Shown: positions 7,737 to 17,068 of the stretch, piece after piece
Position numbering within the stretch: the stretch's first letter is position 1
Layout of the letters: each line of letters begins with the position of its first letter
DNA from: a virus
IMG/VR virus record: IMGVR_UViG_3300009512_000010
Coordinates: 64,001-128,000 of that record
Direction: 5' to 3' (one strand)
DNA length: 64,000 nt
Notes under the pieces: generated by a model
What the model saw: only the letters and a program-made list of their open reading frames with translations
Told to the model about the DNA's origin: nothing
Database searches by the model: none
Program-made: the position numbers and the translations under genes

Positions 7737-9104
7737 TCATTCCATCTTGAAGTTATTGAATTTCTCTTGTGCGGTGGTATTATCGAATACAGGAATATCC
7801 TTCATCAGACCTTCAGTCGGATCCCCTTCGGCATCCATCAGTCTCATTCGTGATCTATCTATACCCACAACAAACCGCTTATTAGTACTAACGTCATTAT
7901 ATCGGTTCTTAAGCTGTTTAACCATAACTTGACCAACAGCATCTAATTCCTCAGTTGCTATCAAAGCAACCATCAGGTCTGCCGTAGCGGGTAATCCAAA
8001 AGACTCACTCGTGTCTTCAAGCCCAACATCCGAGTTACCAAAACCAGAACGTGTCGTTTGCGTTGCAGTGAAGAGCGGGAGATCGAATTCCACCGCCAGT
8101 CCACGAAGTTCTTCTGCAATCGCCTTAATGTAAGTATAAGAATTAATTGATCCCCCCATTGCTTTCATACGTGAAGAAGAACAGATGTTCAGATAATCAA
8201 TAAAGATGATATCTGGCTTGAACTTCTTCTTTAGCTTTAATTCATTTAGTAGTGCTCTAAAGTGTCCTGCGTGTGCAGAACCTGTTGGATACTCTTTAAC
8301 AATAAGCTTACCACAGTTGCCTTTACGAAGACGTGCAATCTTTTCAGAGTATGCATCACGAGACAGTGTGTCTAGTTCGTTAATAGGAACGTTTAGAATA
8401 TTTGCATCAACACGTTCCGCAATACGTTCTTCGCTCATCTCCATTGTGATATAGAGAACGTTCTTACCTTGCTCCATAGCGGCACCAGCAATGTGACACA
8501 TGGCAAGAGATTTACCAACGCCTGTACCTGCAAGGATAACGTTTAGAGACTTGTTAGGAATACCACCTTTAGTGATTGTATTTAGCATCTCAATATCGAA
8601 AGGCATTTTCTCTTCATCAGCGTGATAGAAGTCGAAACGCTTATCGAAGTCTTCAATATAGTCGTGACCAATGTTGGCATCAAAGCTAACACTTAAAGCA
8701 TCAGACAACAGATCAGGCAAAGCATTCTTAGTCAGGGATTGGTGCTTACCATCAATGATGCTAATACCTTCCATGATTGCATTATGAACCGCACGATCTT
8801 GACACCACTTCTCAGTCTTATCAACTAGCCATTCCATGTCGATCTCTTCAATCTTGAAGATTTCTGGTAGTAGCTGAACCGCTTCATTGTATACGGCATC
8901 AGATAATCCAGAAGCTTCATCAAGTTCGATCTTGAATGACTCTAGGGTGGGAAGCCTGTTGTACTTGCCAACAAACTTCCCTACTTCTAGAAACAGCTTA
9001 GAATATACACTCCCGAAGTATTCGGGCTTGATAAAAGGTAGTACCTTGCGCATGTAGTTTTCGTCAACCAATATGTTGCGAAGTATTACCTGATCTATAT
9101 TCAT
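7737..9104 (-). CDS. 41: Replicative DNA helicase gp41
   Basis: LAGTGVGKS Walker A, ITMEMSEE, FIDYLNI, ESFGLPATAD, QLKNRY. Confidence 0.95.
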   Translation of the reverse strand: MNIDQVILRNILVDENYMRKVLPFIKPEYFGSVYSKLFLEVGKFVGKYNRLPTLESFKIELDEASGLSDAVYNEAVQLLPEIFKIEEIDMEWLVDKTEKWCQDRAVHNAIMEGISIIDGKHQSLTKNALPDLLSDALSVSFDANIGHDYIEDFDKRFDFYHADEEKMPFDIEMLNTITKGGIPNKSLNVILAGTGVGKSLAMCHIAGAAMEQGKNVLYITMEMSEERIAERVDANILNVPINELDTLSRDAYSEKIARLRKGNCGKLIVKEYPTGSAHAGHFRALLNELKLKKKFKPDIIFIDYLNICSSSRMKAMGGSINSYTYIKAIAEELRGLAVEFDLPLFTATQTTRSGFGNSDVGLEDTSESFGLPATADLMVALIATEELDAVGQVMVKQLKNRYNDVSTNKRFVVGIDRSRMRLMDAEGDPTEGLMKDIPVFDNTTAQEKFNNFKME

Positions 9105-9421
9105 TTTGATTCCCTTGTTTCTACCGATTCATCTTTAATTGAGTTTACTAATACTGCCGATAATACATCACCTACGACTAATTGTAAAGCAGTATCTTCG
9201 GGTTCTAGATCAGGATCTGGTGTAGATATGATATCAAAGTTGAACGACATCATTGGCTCTTCATTTTCGCCACTAACCTTCAACTCACCGAAAGCAAATA
9301 CAGTTTCTACGAAATCGCCTGTCATGATACGAATACACCAGTTTTCCTCTTCCCCAGGAACCATCTCATAATCTACATTCTCTTCGGGTAGTTCCCTATC
9401 GAACTGTTCATCGTATTTCAT
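9101..9421 (-). CDS. Acidic hypothetical protein at the T4 gp40 position
   Basis: Between uvsX and gp41, similar size to gp40; synteny only. Confidence 0.5.
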   Translation of the reverse strand: MKYDEQFDRELPEENVDYEMVPGEEENWCIRIMTGDFVETVFAFGELKVSGENEEPMMSFNFDIISTPDPDLEPEDTALQLVVGDVLSAVLVNSIKDESVETRESK

Positions 9422-10470
9422 TACTCTTCCTCTATTAACTTATCGAAGTCGATATTACTCTTGTAACCGATAGTGAAGGTCTGTTTGATAAAGTCTTTGA
9501 AGTCTGTCTCTGCCATGATACGTGTCCAGAACTCTTCTTTGAGCGCATCTGCCGCACGTGACTTAGATGTAAGAACTTCACCAGTTTCTGGATTAATACC
9601 CTCATACCAACCAATAGTTGGTTTACGAACAAATCCACCTGCAAGAGCAACCTCTAACAACCCACTATACTTCTCAACTCCACCTTCCCATGATACTGAG
9701 ATAGGGATCTTAGACTTCTCTTTAACAGAACGAGACTTCTCAATATTGATAACAAAGTCATACCCTGTAATATTTACACCAGTCTTAACTTGTCTACGAC
9801 CAAGGATCCAGATATCATTAGCAGAGTAGTAAATACCTGTACCACCAGACACAACTGCTTTAGAGAACATCTCTTGAGTTTGATATGTGTGGTTAACAGC
9901 CAACAATGGGATATCCTTCATAGCCAAGTATGGTGTACACATACGGAACAAACTCTTAAGTTGTTTGGCACGTGTCATATCACCTACAGACTTTTCGGAT
10001 ACTGCGTCATCCTTTTCCTTCTTGGATGCAAGGTTGCCGATAGAATCGATAACAACGACAACATTATCTTTCTTATCCATGCCCTCTAGTTGTGAGATCA
10101 AATCAAACTTGAGTTCTTCGATATCAGTAATAGGTGTGTGTAGTACACGAGATGTGTCGATACCAAACTGTTCGAAGTAACTTTGTGGGGATCCAAACTC
10201 GCTGTCATAAAACAATAGAACAGCATCTTTGTTGGCATCAAGATATGCCCCTGCCATAAGCAAGGCAAACGATGTCTTAAAGTGCTTAGATGGTCCTGCC
10301 AGAACTGTCAATCCCGGAGATAGACCCCCATCCACAGATCCAGACAAAGCAACATTGACCATAGGAACCGATGTTGGAACCATGACCTTGTTGTTGAAGA
10401 AGTCCGATTCAGAAAGCACTTCCGTGGCCTTCAGCTTCGTGTTCTTCTTGAGTTTATCCATTATACTCAT
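9421..10470 (-). CDS. uvsX: RecA-like recombinase UvsX
   Basis: AGPSKHFKT, FYDSEFG, DSIGNLASKKE, SGGTGIYYSA. Confidence 0.95.
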   Translation of the reverse strand: MSIMDKLKKNTKLKATEVLSESDFFNNKVMVPTSVPMVNVALSGSVDGGLSPGLTVLAGPSKHFKTSFALLMAGAYLDANKDAVLLFYDSEFGSPQSYFEQFGIDTSRVLHTPITDIEELKFDLISQLEGMDKKDNVVVVIDSIGNLASKKEKDDAVSEKSVGDMTRAKQLKSLFRMCTPYLAMKDIPLLAVNHTYQTQEMFSKAVVSGGTGIYYSANDIWILGRRQVKTGVNITGYDFVINIEKSRSVKEKSKIPISVSWEGGVEKYSGLLEVALAGGFVRKPTIGWYEGINPETGEVLTSKSRAADALKEEFWTRIMAETDFKDFIKQTFTIGYKSNIDFDKLIEEE

Positions 10471-10895
10471 TTAGTCTTCCTTTCATTGCAAACACGTTCT
10501 CGTAGATCACTCGTAGAGAACCTATGTGTTCGACTGTTATAATATGTTTCGATCCCCAACTGTCGAGCAAGCTCTTTACCAGTAAAGTCTCTATTCTTAT
10601 ATTCGTCACCAAGTATGCGAACATTAATTGGATACATGTTAATTATATCAATCAAATCTGATTCTGTACAGTAGATAATGACCTCATCAACATATTCAAT
10701 AGCTTCAAGTTGTGCTTGTCTTTCTACAATGCTTTGTATAGGACTATTCTTCTCATTACGATCAACAGAGGGATCAATCTGCAAGGCACAGATTAGCCAA
10801 TCACATTGTGACTTAGCCTCACGCAACATCATCACATGACCTGCATGCAATAAATCAAATGTAGAGGCAGTTAGCCCCACACGTTTAGTTGACAT
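10467..10895 (-). CDS. Cytidylyltransferase (TagD/RfaE-like)
   Basis: FDLLHAGH (HxGH) motif; C-terminal FSTS. Confidence 0.85.
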   Translation of the reverse strand: MSTKRVGLTASTFDLLHAGHVMMLREAKSQCDWLICALQIDPSVDRNEKNSPIQSIVERQAQLEAIEYVDEVIIYCTESDLIDIINMYPINVRILGDEYKNRDFTGKELARQLGIETYYNSRTHRFSTSDLRERVCNERKTK

Positions 10896-11862
10896 TATAG
10901 TATTCCTTATACCACCCTACAAACTTAGCAACCCCATCTTTCATAGGTGTAGTCGGATTATACCCCAATTTCTTAAGTTTGTCAATAGACGCCCAAGTGT
11001 CTTTTGCATCTGCTTTGTGCATTGGGACTGGATTACGAATTGCCTTGCGTCCCAAGTTATACTCAATAGCATCAACAAAATCGGTTAGTGGGATACGTTT
11101 ACCATATGCAATGTTAAAGACTTCGTTGTAATGTTCCTCATGATTAGGATGTAATCCCTGAGCGTGTGTGTGCTTCAACGTAATCATGATACCTTGTACA
11201 ACATCATCAATGTAAGTGAAGTCTCTTGACATATCACCGTAGTTATACAAATCAATACGATCCTCATCAATGATCTTGGTGGTGAAATCGAATAGTGCCA
11301 TATCGGGGCGACCCCAAGGACCGTAAACCGTAAAGAACCTAAGTCCTACTGTATTGCGAATTGGACTAGACATAAACTGCGCTTCATTAGCGGCTTTAGT
11401 AAATGAGTATGGATTGAGTGCACGTGGTAGCTTTTCGTATTCATCTTGTGGCATAGGATTACCTGCCATAACCGAAGACGAAGATGCGTACACAATGTTC
11501 TCAATACCTGCTTCCTCACAGGCTGTGATCAAGTTCTGCGAACCTGTCATGTTATTATCAATGTATTGCTGTGGATTATTAAGAGAATGTCTAACCCCAG
11601 CATATGCCGCTAGGTGCATTACGATGTCGGGGTATTCTCCCATGATGAAATCAGTGATACTATCCAGATCTTTGAGATCCATATAGGATGTCTCTACACC
11701 ACGCATTCTTAGATTGTTTGCTCTAGCATTCTTTAGAGAAACATCATAATAGTGGTTGAAGTTATCAAATCCTACAACTTCATGTCCATCGTCTAGTAGC
11801 GAGTTGGCAAGGTGATATCCTATAAACCCTGCCATTCCTGTGATCATTACTTTCATATCCAT
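10885..11862 (-). CDS. NAD-dependent epimerase (UDP-glucuronate 4-epimerase-like)
   Basis: TGMAGFIG, HLAAYAGVR, YASSSSV, YSFTK, LRFFTVYGPWGRPDMA, RDFTYIDD. Confidence 0.9.
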   Translation of the reverse strand: MDMKVMITGMAGFIGYHLANSLLDDGHEVVGFDNFNHYYDVSLKNARANNLRMRGVETSYMDLKDLDSITDFIMGEYPDIVMHLAAYAGVRHSLNNPQQYIDNNMTGSQNLITACEEAGIENIVYASSSSVMAGNPMPQDEYEKLPRALNPYSFTKAANEAQFMSSPIRNTVGLRFFTVYGPWGRPDMALFDFTTKIIDEDRIDLYNYGDMSRDFTYIDDVVQGIMITLKHTHAQGLHPNHEEHYNEVFNIAYGKRIPLTDFVDAIEYNLGRKAIRNPVPMHKADAKDTWASIDKLKKLGYNPTTPMKDGVAKFVGWYKEYYNVN

Positions 11863-11874
11863 CTCCTTTAATGC

Positions 11875-11903
11875 ATTATAGCATATCTAGGAAACGTTGT
11901 AAA
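11875..11903 (-). promoter_or_regulatory. Sigma70-type promoter
   Basis: TTTACA-17-TATAAT upstream of the epimerase. Confidence 0.7.
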
Positions 11904-12732
11904 CCACTTTCTGCTCTTTTTCTCTATCATCCAGTTCGTATTGTGAACGGATCTTGTTATTCTCTTTAATCACTAGATCAAGTATTGACATTGTTCCGCT
12001 ACCAAATGCACTGAATGCATTAGTATCTTTAGGGAAGCAAGCACCACCAAAACCAAAACGACCATCTTCACCAGGAACCACAGTATGGGAAGAATTAATC
12101 CTCTCATCAGCACCAATAGCACTAATAACAGTATCGTAATCAGAACCATTTCCATCAATCAACTCCTTAAATTGGTTGAACCACATAACCTTTGTGGCAA
12201 GAAACGAATTAACCCCATACTTAACAAACGATGCATCTTGTGCAGTCATCTTGTGTACTGGACACGGTTTACATTTACTCGATTCTTTATATAACTTGTG
12301 TAGATCATCGGTTGACTGATCAGATCCACCAAAGATGTGCATAGGCGGATTAACAAAGTCGTGTAGTGCGTTTCGTTCTGTGAGGAACTCAGGATTGTAG
12401 ACCACCCTGTCAAACATACCAGACAACTGTTTAACTATACTTGGAATGACTGTAGACTTAATAATGATAAGTCCGTTTGTTATCAAAGCAAGTTTAGTAA
12501 CCACACTTATAACTGTTGAGGCGTCAATAGATCCGTCTTCACCAAATGGTGTTGGTACGCAAACAAATGATGCATCCGTATCAGGATCCACATCATCAAC
12601 ATCTGTACCTAAATTAGGATCTATTAACTGCAATTTGTTATCCTTGTAGGTAAAGCCATGTTCAACAGCTTTACCCACAAATCCATAACCAACCACTGCA
12701 ATACGCATATTACCCACCACCTTGAAAACCAA
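11887..12732 (-). CDS. UDP-glucose/GDP-mannose dehydrogenase family protein (short form)
   Basis: GYGFVG, VCVPTP, IKSTV, NPEFL, GFGGACFPKD; lacks the C-terminal UDP-binding domain. Confidence 0.85.
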   Translation of the reverse strand: MVFKVVGNMRIAVVGYGFVGKAVEHGFTYKDNKLQLIDPNLGTDVDDVDPDTDASFVCVPTPFGEDGSIDASTVISVVTKLALITNGLIIIKSTVIPSIVKQLSGMFDRVVYNPEFLTERNALHDFVNPPMHIFGGSDQSTDDLHKLYKESSKCKPCPVHKMTAQDASFVKYGVNSFLATKVMWFNQFKELIDGNGSDYDTVISAIGADERINSSHTVVPGEDGRFGFGGACFPKDTNAFSAFGSGTMSILDLVIKENNKIRSQYELDDREKEQKVVYNVS

Positions 12733-12904
12733 CCTTTACTCTATACCACACTTTCTGATGGAAGATCTTGGCCTTTAATTCCTCAATTTCACTTGTCTCA
12801 AAGCCCACTGCACCCATTCTATGGTGTTGCAGTAGAGCTAGAGCCTCATCAATTAGCGCAATATCATTCACGCTTAATTCAAATTTAGTATTGGGTTTAG
12901 CCAT
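12710..12904 (-). CDS. Hypothetical protein
   Basis: 64-aa ORF overlapping both neighbours. Confidence 0.55.
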   Translation of the reverse strand: MAKPNTKFELSVNDIALIDEALALLQHHRMGAVGFETSEIEELKAKIFHQKVWYRVKVGFQGGG

Positions 12905-13241
12905 GCCCTACAGTTTCTCTTTTAATATCTTGATGATTGAATTCTGCCCAATACAATTCAAAGGCAACACCTTCTTCAAGACATTCAAACTGATGATACA
13001 CCCCAGGCTTTACCTTAGTGTACATCCCAGGATCTAGAATAGTCTCGTCAACAAGATCATAATCATTCTGCCAAACACGAATGAGCATACGCCCACTCTC
13101 GACATAGAAACCATTCCATTTGAATTCGTGGAGATGCTTAGAGCATACTCCACCTTTATTCATTTCAATACGATGAAACTCTAAAGCACCATTTGCTTCT
13201 ACAAGTTCCGTATTTCCCCATACTTTTCCAGCTACTGTCAT
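12897..13241 (-). CDS. Cupin-fold protein (sugar isomerase-like)
   Basis: KVWG, CSKHLH, FYVESG, VKPGVYHQF cupin motifs. Confidence 0.75.
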   Translation of the reverse strand: MTVAGKVWGNTELVEANGALEFHRIEMNKGGVCSKHLHEFKWNGFYVESGRMLIRVWQNDYDLVDETILDPGMYTKVKPGVYHQFECLEEGVAFELYWAEFNHQDIKRETVGHG

Positions 13242-14201
13242 TTAATATCCATTCGGTACTAGGACGTAATGTATCATAAGGACAATTCCCAACGAAGCAC
13301 CAAGCCCAACCATCATCTTCAAGAAGTCTTTACCTATTAATGGAAACACTGTCTTGAGTTTTCCCTTACCTGTATATGTAGCCATTGCTAACTCACGTCC
13401 ACATAAGAGACCTACAAACACCCATGTTGTTGACATAGGAATATCATTCAACTCTTTAAAGAAGAATAGAATTGCCCAATAGACTGCATCGATAATAGTA
13501 GCAGAACGTACATAACGTGTGTTGTGCTTCTCAATAACAATCTGTTGGATCTTACCACCACCTTCACGTAGCATGAATGCCAAACCACCAACAAAGACTA
13601 CACTAATCATAATCATCAATGGAACGTCAAGTTGTCTTGGAAGGAACACTGCGATATTAGCTACATCATGAGACAACCAAGTAAACCATAGGAAACCTGT
13701 TGTAACCCATTGACCAACTCGCCAATACGCTTTGTGCTCTTCTTTGACTGGTTTAGCTTCATCCAGAAGCCGACTTACGATCATCCAGATTGCATAAGCG
13801 GCAACTGCAGCAACAGCATAACCCATCATAGATTTCATTAGCATTTTCTCTAACACGAATGTAGAAGCAAATGCCGATAGAACCAAGAATGATGTGGATA
13901 CTGGAACCCCCACTCTGGTCAATAGTAAAAGTACTGCTGGTGCCATTGCATGATACCACTGTACTTCTTGAAACGGAATCTTATTAAGTCTTCCATAACT
14001 AATATCACCACCATTCGTATACCAACCATACCAAAGAGTATAGAGTAGTACACCAGAAGCGGCTAACCACATAGTCTTCCAACTAAATCTTTCGTTATTA
14101 CTTGCAATCCATGTACCCAAAGTCTGTACCGAATCGTTTGCTATTACTGAGTAAGCGGCGAATATAAATCCTACCACCATCCATATCGTCAATGCATCCA
14201 T
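13242..14201 (-). CDS. Multi-pass membrane protein, PiT-like phosphate/anion permease
   Basis: Many TM helices; duplicated PiT-like motifs IANDSVQ/SHDVAN and PVSTS/PMSTT; start refined to 14201. Confidence 0.6.
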   Translation of the reverse strand: MDALTIWMVVGFIFAAYSVIANDSVQTLGTWIASNNERFSWKTMWLAASGVLLYTLWYGWYTNGGDISYGRLNKIPFQEVQWYHAMAPAVLLLLTRVGVPVSTSFLVLSAFASTFVLEKMLMKSMMGYAVAAVAAYAIWMIVSRLLDEAKPVKEEHKAYWRVGQWVTTGFLWFTWLSHDVANIAVFLPRQLDVPLMIMISVVFVGGLAFMLREGGGKIQQIVIEKHNTRYVRSATIIDAVYWAILFFFKELNDIPMSTTWVFVGLLCGRELAMATYTGKGKLKTVFPLIGKDFLKMMVGLGASLGIVLMIHYVLVPNGY

Positions 14202-14202
14202 T

Positions 14203-14874
14203 TTATATCCTCTTTCTTCTCCACTTGTTAGCATCCTTTGGTGTATTTATTTCTATACCATTCCAGTCAACAGGATGACAACCAATTGTTGTGCCCATAT
14301 GCATCCATCTAAGTTGCTCCAAACCGTGTTCAATCTCCATGGCACAAGGTGTCGTACCATAGAATTGCAATGCTTCTCTACTATATCCGTATACACCTAA
14401 GTGGTGCTCATCTAATAGTAAAGTACGAGTAAACGATTTGGCTGTATTGGTTTTAACATCTCTGTCAACCTTAACACAATTAGGATCTCGACTTGGATTC
14501 TTAGCACACACTGTGGTCACGTCATATGTATTCAATCCTTTGAGGATCATATCGATCACATCCACAGTAACGTCTGGCATATCTCCTTGAACATTAATAA
14601 AGCGATTATACTTATGAAAGAACCCATTGTCAATAGCCCCTGCACATCTTTCTGTGCCATTATTATAAGGGGTTTCATCTATCCAACAATACCTAGATCC
14701 AAACAGTTCAAAGATCCGCATATCATCTGTGAGCACAAACGTGTCTAGTCCAGACTTTGTGCACTCATCAAACACACGTTTGATCATAGGCTTTCCATCA
14801 AGATCTACTAATGGCTTACCTTCGTATCTAGTAGATCCCCATCTAGCGGGAATAAGAATAGCGGTAGATATCAT
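14203..14874 (-). CDS. kdsB: CMP-Kdo synthetase
   Basis: IPARWGSTRYEGKPL, GTERC, INVQGD, HLGVYGY, LEQLRW. Confidence 0.9.
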   Translation of the reverse strand: MISTAILIPARWGSTRYEGKPLVDLDGKPMIKRVFDECTKSGLDTFVLTDDMRIFELFGSRYCWIDETPYNNGTERCAGAIDNGFFHKYNRFINVQGDMPDVTVDVIDMILKGLNTYDVTTVCAKNPSRDPNCVKVDRDVKTNTAKSFTRTLLLDEHHLGVYGYSREALQFYGTTPCAMEIEHGLEQLRWMHMGTTIGCHPVDWNGIEINTPKDANKWRRKRI

Positions 14875-15610
14875 AGACTATATCCTTAAAGTTTTTTAGA
14901 TACACCATATTAGCACCATCACTTGGTGCGCTTGGCGGATCCTTATGTACCTCTAAAAAGAAGTTGTTAACGCCCAAAGCAGAGGCAGAACGAGTAAGAC
15001 CTGCAACGTAATCACGATTACCACCAGACGATTTACCGAGTGCACTAGGCTTTTGTACTGAGTGCGTTGCATCAAATACCAACGGTACATCGTAGTTATC
15101 AAGCATGTACTGAATACCATTAAAATCGACCACAAGATTGTTATAACCAAAACAAACACCTCTCTCTGTAATCCATACTTCTTTAGCTCCTTCTGTTTTG
15201 GATAGCACACCAGATATATCCCAAGGTGCCATAAATTGACTTTTCTTGATATTCACGATACAGTCTGTTTCACATGCGACCTTAATAAGATCTGTTTGTC
15301 TTGCTAGGAATGCTGGAATTTGCAATACATCAACAGTACCCTTTACTCTATTAATCTCCCCTGTTGTGTGAACATCAGTAAGGATCTGAAGATTAGGAAG
15401 TTCTTTCCGCATCTCCCTAAAGGCTTTAAGTGTCTTATCTATACCAAGACCACGAACTCCACTCTCATGACTTCGGTTAGCCTTATCATAACTCGCTTTG
15501 AATATGTAATCGAACCCAAAGCTTCGACACACACTTTCACACTCAGCCGCAATTTCCATGGACTGTTCAAAGCTTTCGTGTTGACAAGGACCTGCAATGA
15601 TCCGTGTCAT
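14843..15610 (-). CDS. kdsA: Kdo-8-phosphate synthase
   Basis: IAGPC, FKASYDKANRS, QIPAFLARQTDL, TERG, FDATHSVQ, SDG. Confidence 0.95.
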   Translation of the reverse strand: MTRIIAGPCQHESFEQSMEIAAECESVCRSFGFDYIFKASYDKANRSHESGVRGLGIDKTLKAFREMRKELPNLQILTDVHTTGEINRVKGTVDVLQIPAFLARQTDLIKVACETDCIVNIKKSQFMAPWDISGVLSKTEGAKEVWITERGVCFGYNNLVVDFNGIQYMLDNYDVPLVFDATHSVQKPSALGKSSGGNRDYVAGLTRSASALGVNNFFLEVHKDPPSAPSDGANMVYLKNFKDIVYDIYRYSYSR

Positions 15611-15735
15611 TTACCCTTCTTTCTCATACGACGAAGTTTGGCATAAAGACTTTTAGTCTTACCCTCAATAATCCCCTTAATCACGGAACGGCGTACACGA
15701 GCGGTACGATCCTTTGCAATACGTTGTGCCTTCAT
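15607..15735 (-). CDS. Small highly basic protein (42 aa), absent from the ORF track
   Basis: MKAQRIAKDRTARVRRSVIKGIIEGKTKSLYAKLRRMRKKGK*; TAATG overlap upstream and ATGA overlap with kdsA. Confidence 0.7.
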   Translation of the reverse strand: MKAQRIAKDRTARVRRSVIKGIIEGKTKSLYAKLRRMRKKGK

Positions 15736-16667
15736 TATATAACTCCATTTTTGTATATATATTCCAATGCCCGATCTGCTTCAACTTGCAGTGGACGGTT
15801 GTTATACCAGTTTCCATTCTCTGCATCAAACTGAGAACACATCTCTGCAATCTGATCAGACGTTATAGGATAACCACGATAGCTTGCATTCCCTGCCGTC
15901 TTAACCATTATAGCATACATCTTAGAATACCAACCAGTCTCACTGATCGAAGCGTATTCGATTGCTAGGTTCTTAGGCCAGAATGGGCAGTCACGATAAC
16001 CTGTCCAAGTATACTGAGTATTGTTTAGTTTTGATTTGCGGTGCTCTAGCACGGCGACTTGCATCTCTGGTGAGAGACGGTCTATAAAGTTCTTACTATC
16101 ACGACTTTTGTCATATGGGTGTGATGCTAGAAGAGCATCGACATCAATAGGCCGACCAGTATTAACATAAAAGAAGCTGTTAGCGTTAGGGTAGTCAGCT
16201 GGTATGTAATACATACGAGACATGTCCTTAGTCTGTGCATCTCCAATTGAACCAAGCCACTTGTTGAGGGCATACCAGAAGTGATGAATTCTAGATTGCT
16301 CAACCTCTGTTTCAAGATCGAATACAATGCGAAACTTAGGATGTACGTCCGTGCTACTAGCAGTGCTATAAACAACGTAATTATAATCACCGTACTTAGA
16401 AGCAAGCTCATGTTCTAGGTTCCCTTCGAAGACATGATCATCAACATCAACAGCACCCCAACATCCCCAAGACAGGACATTTTTGTTCGCTCTAGTTGTA
16501 CCAGATGTATAAACAGCTGGTGATATAAGTTCTGCATGCTTTTTCCCTTCGGATGGTGTCGTTGACAGCTTCCGCAATAGTTCAACAAACTCAGGCCAAG
16601 TTTGGAAGTCAATCCGCTTGTCTGTTTTGTTATCATACTGATTCTTGAATACTGTCAACGAGTACAT
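15735..16667 (-). CDS. Primase-like protein (archaeo-eukaryotic primase superfamily-like)
   Basis: AVDVDD acidic motif, YSTASS...HPKFRIVF, KDMSRMYY; helical C-terminal domain. Confidence 0.6.
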   Translation of the reverse strand: MYSLTVFKNQYDNKTDKRIDFQTWPEFVELLRKLSTTPSEGKKHAELISPAVYTSGTTRANKNVLSWGCWGAVDVDDHVFEGNLEHELASKYGDYNYVVYSTASSTDVHPKFRIVFDLETEVEQSRIHHFWYALNKWLGSIGDAQTKDMSRMYYIPADYPNANSFFYVNTGRPIDVDALLASHPYDKSRDSKNFIDRLSPEMQVAVLEHRKSKLNNTQYTWTGYRDCPFWPKNLAIEYASISETGWYSKMYAIMVKTAGNASYRGYPITSDQIAEMCSQFDAENGNWYNNRPLQVEADRALEYIYKNGVI

Positions 16668-16689
16668 ATTATATCCTTATCTATACGTT

Positions 16690-16718
16690 AGTATAACACA
16701 TCCTATTCTGTTTGTAAA
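16690..16718 (-). promoter_or_regulatory. Sigma70-type promoter
   Basis: TTTACA-17-TATACT. Confidence 0.7.
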
Positions 16719-17068
16719 GACTTTTCATAAGACATCTCATGGGGCAGTGGTTGCATATCACCCTCTTTAACAAAGACACCATCAATCATCTTGCCTTTAC
16801 GATCTTTGATATCATCATAAGCAACCTGTAGACACTCTTCCATAGTCAACTCATTACGTGTCATGATGTTGATAAGAACAACCATCATATCACCAATGTC
16901 ATCACGAATGTCTTGACCCTTGCAGATGTTATCAGACAACTCCCCTGCTTCTTGGATCAATTTCATATATTGATCTTTATCGGTACTACCCTCAATCAAG
17001 TTGCGATCATGGTGCCATTGCGCAATCTTATCGACTAGATTGTTTGTAGATGATTTCCAAATAGACAT
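16703..17068 (-). CDS. MazG-like NTP pyrophosphohydrolase
   Basis: KLIQEAGEL...DDIGD...ECLQVAYDDIKDRKG; start refined by TAATG overlap. Confidence 0.85.
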   Translation of the reverse strand: MSIWKSSTNNLVDKIAQWHHDRNLIEGSTDKDQYMKLIQEAGELSDNICKGQDIRDDIGDMMVVLINIMTRNELTMEECLQVAYDDIKDRKGKMIDGVFVKEGDMQPLPHEMSYEKSLQTE

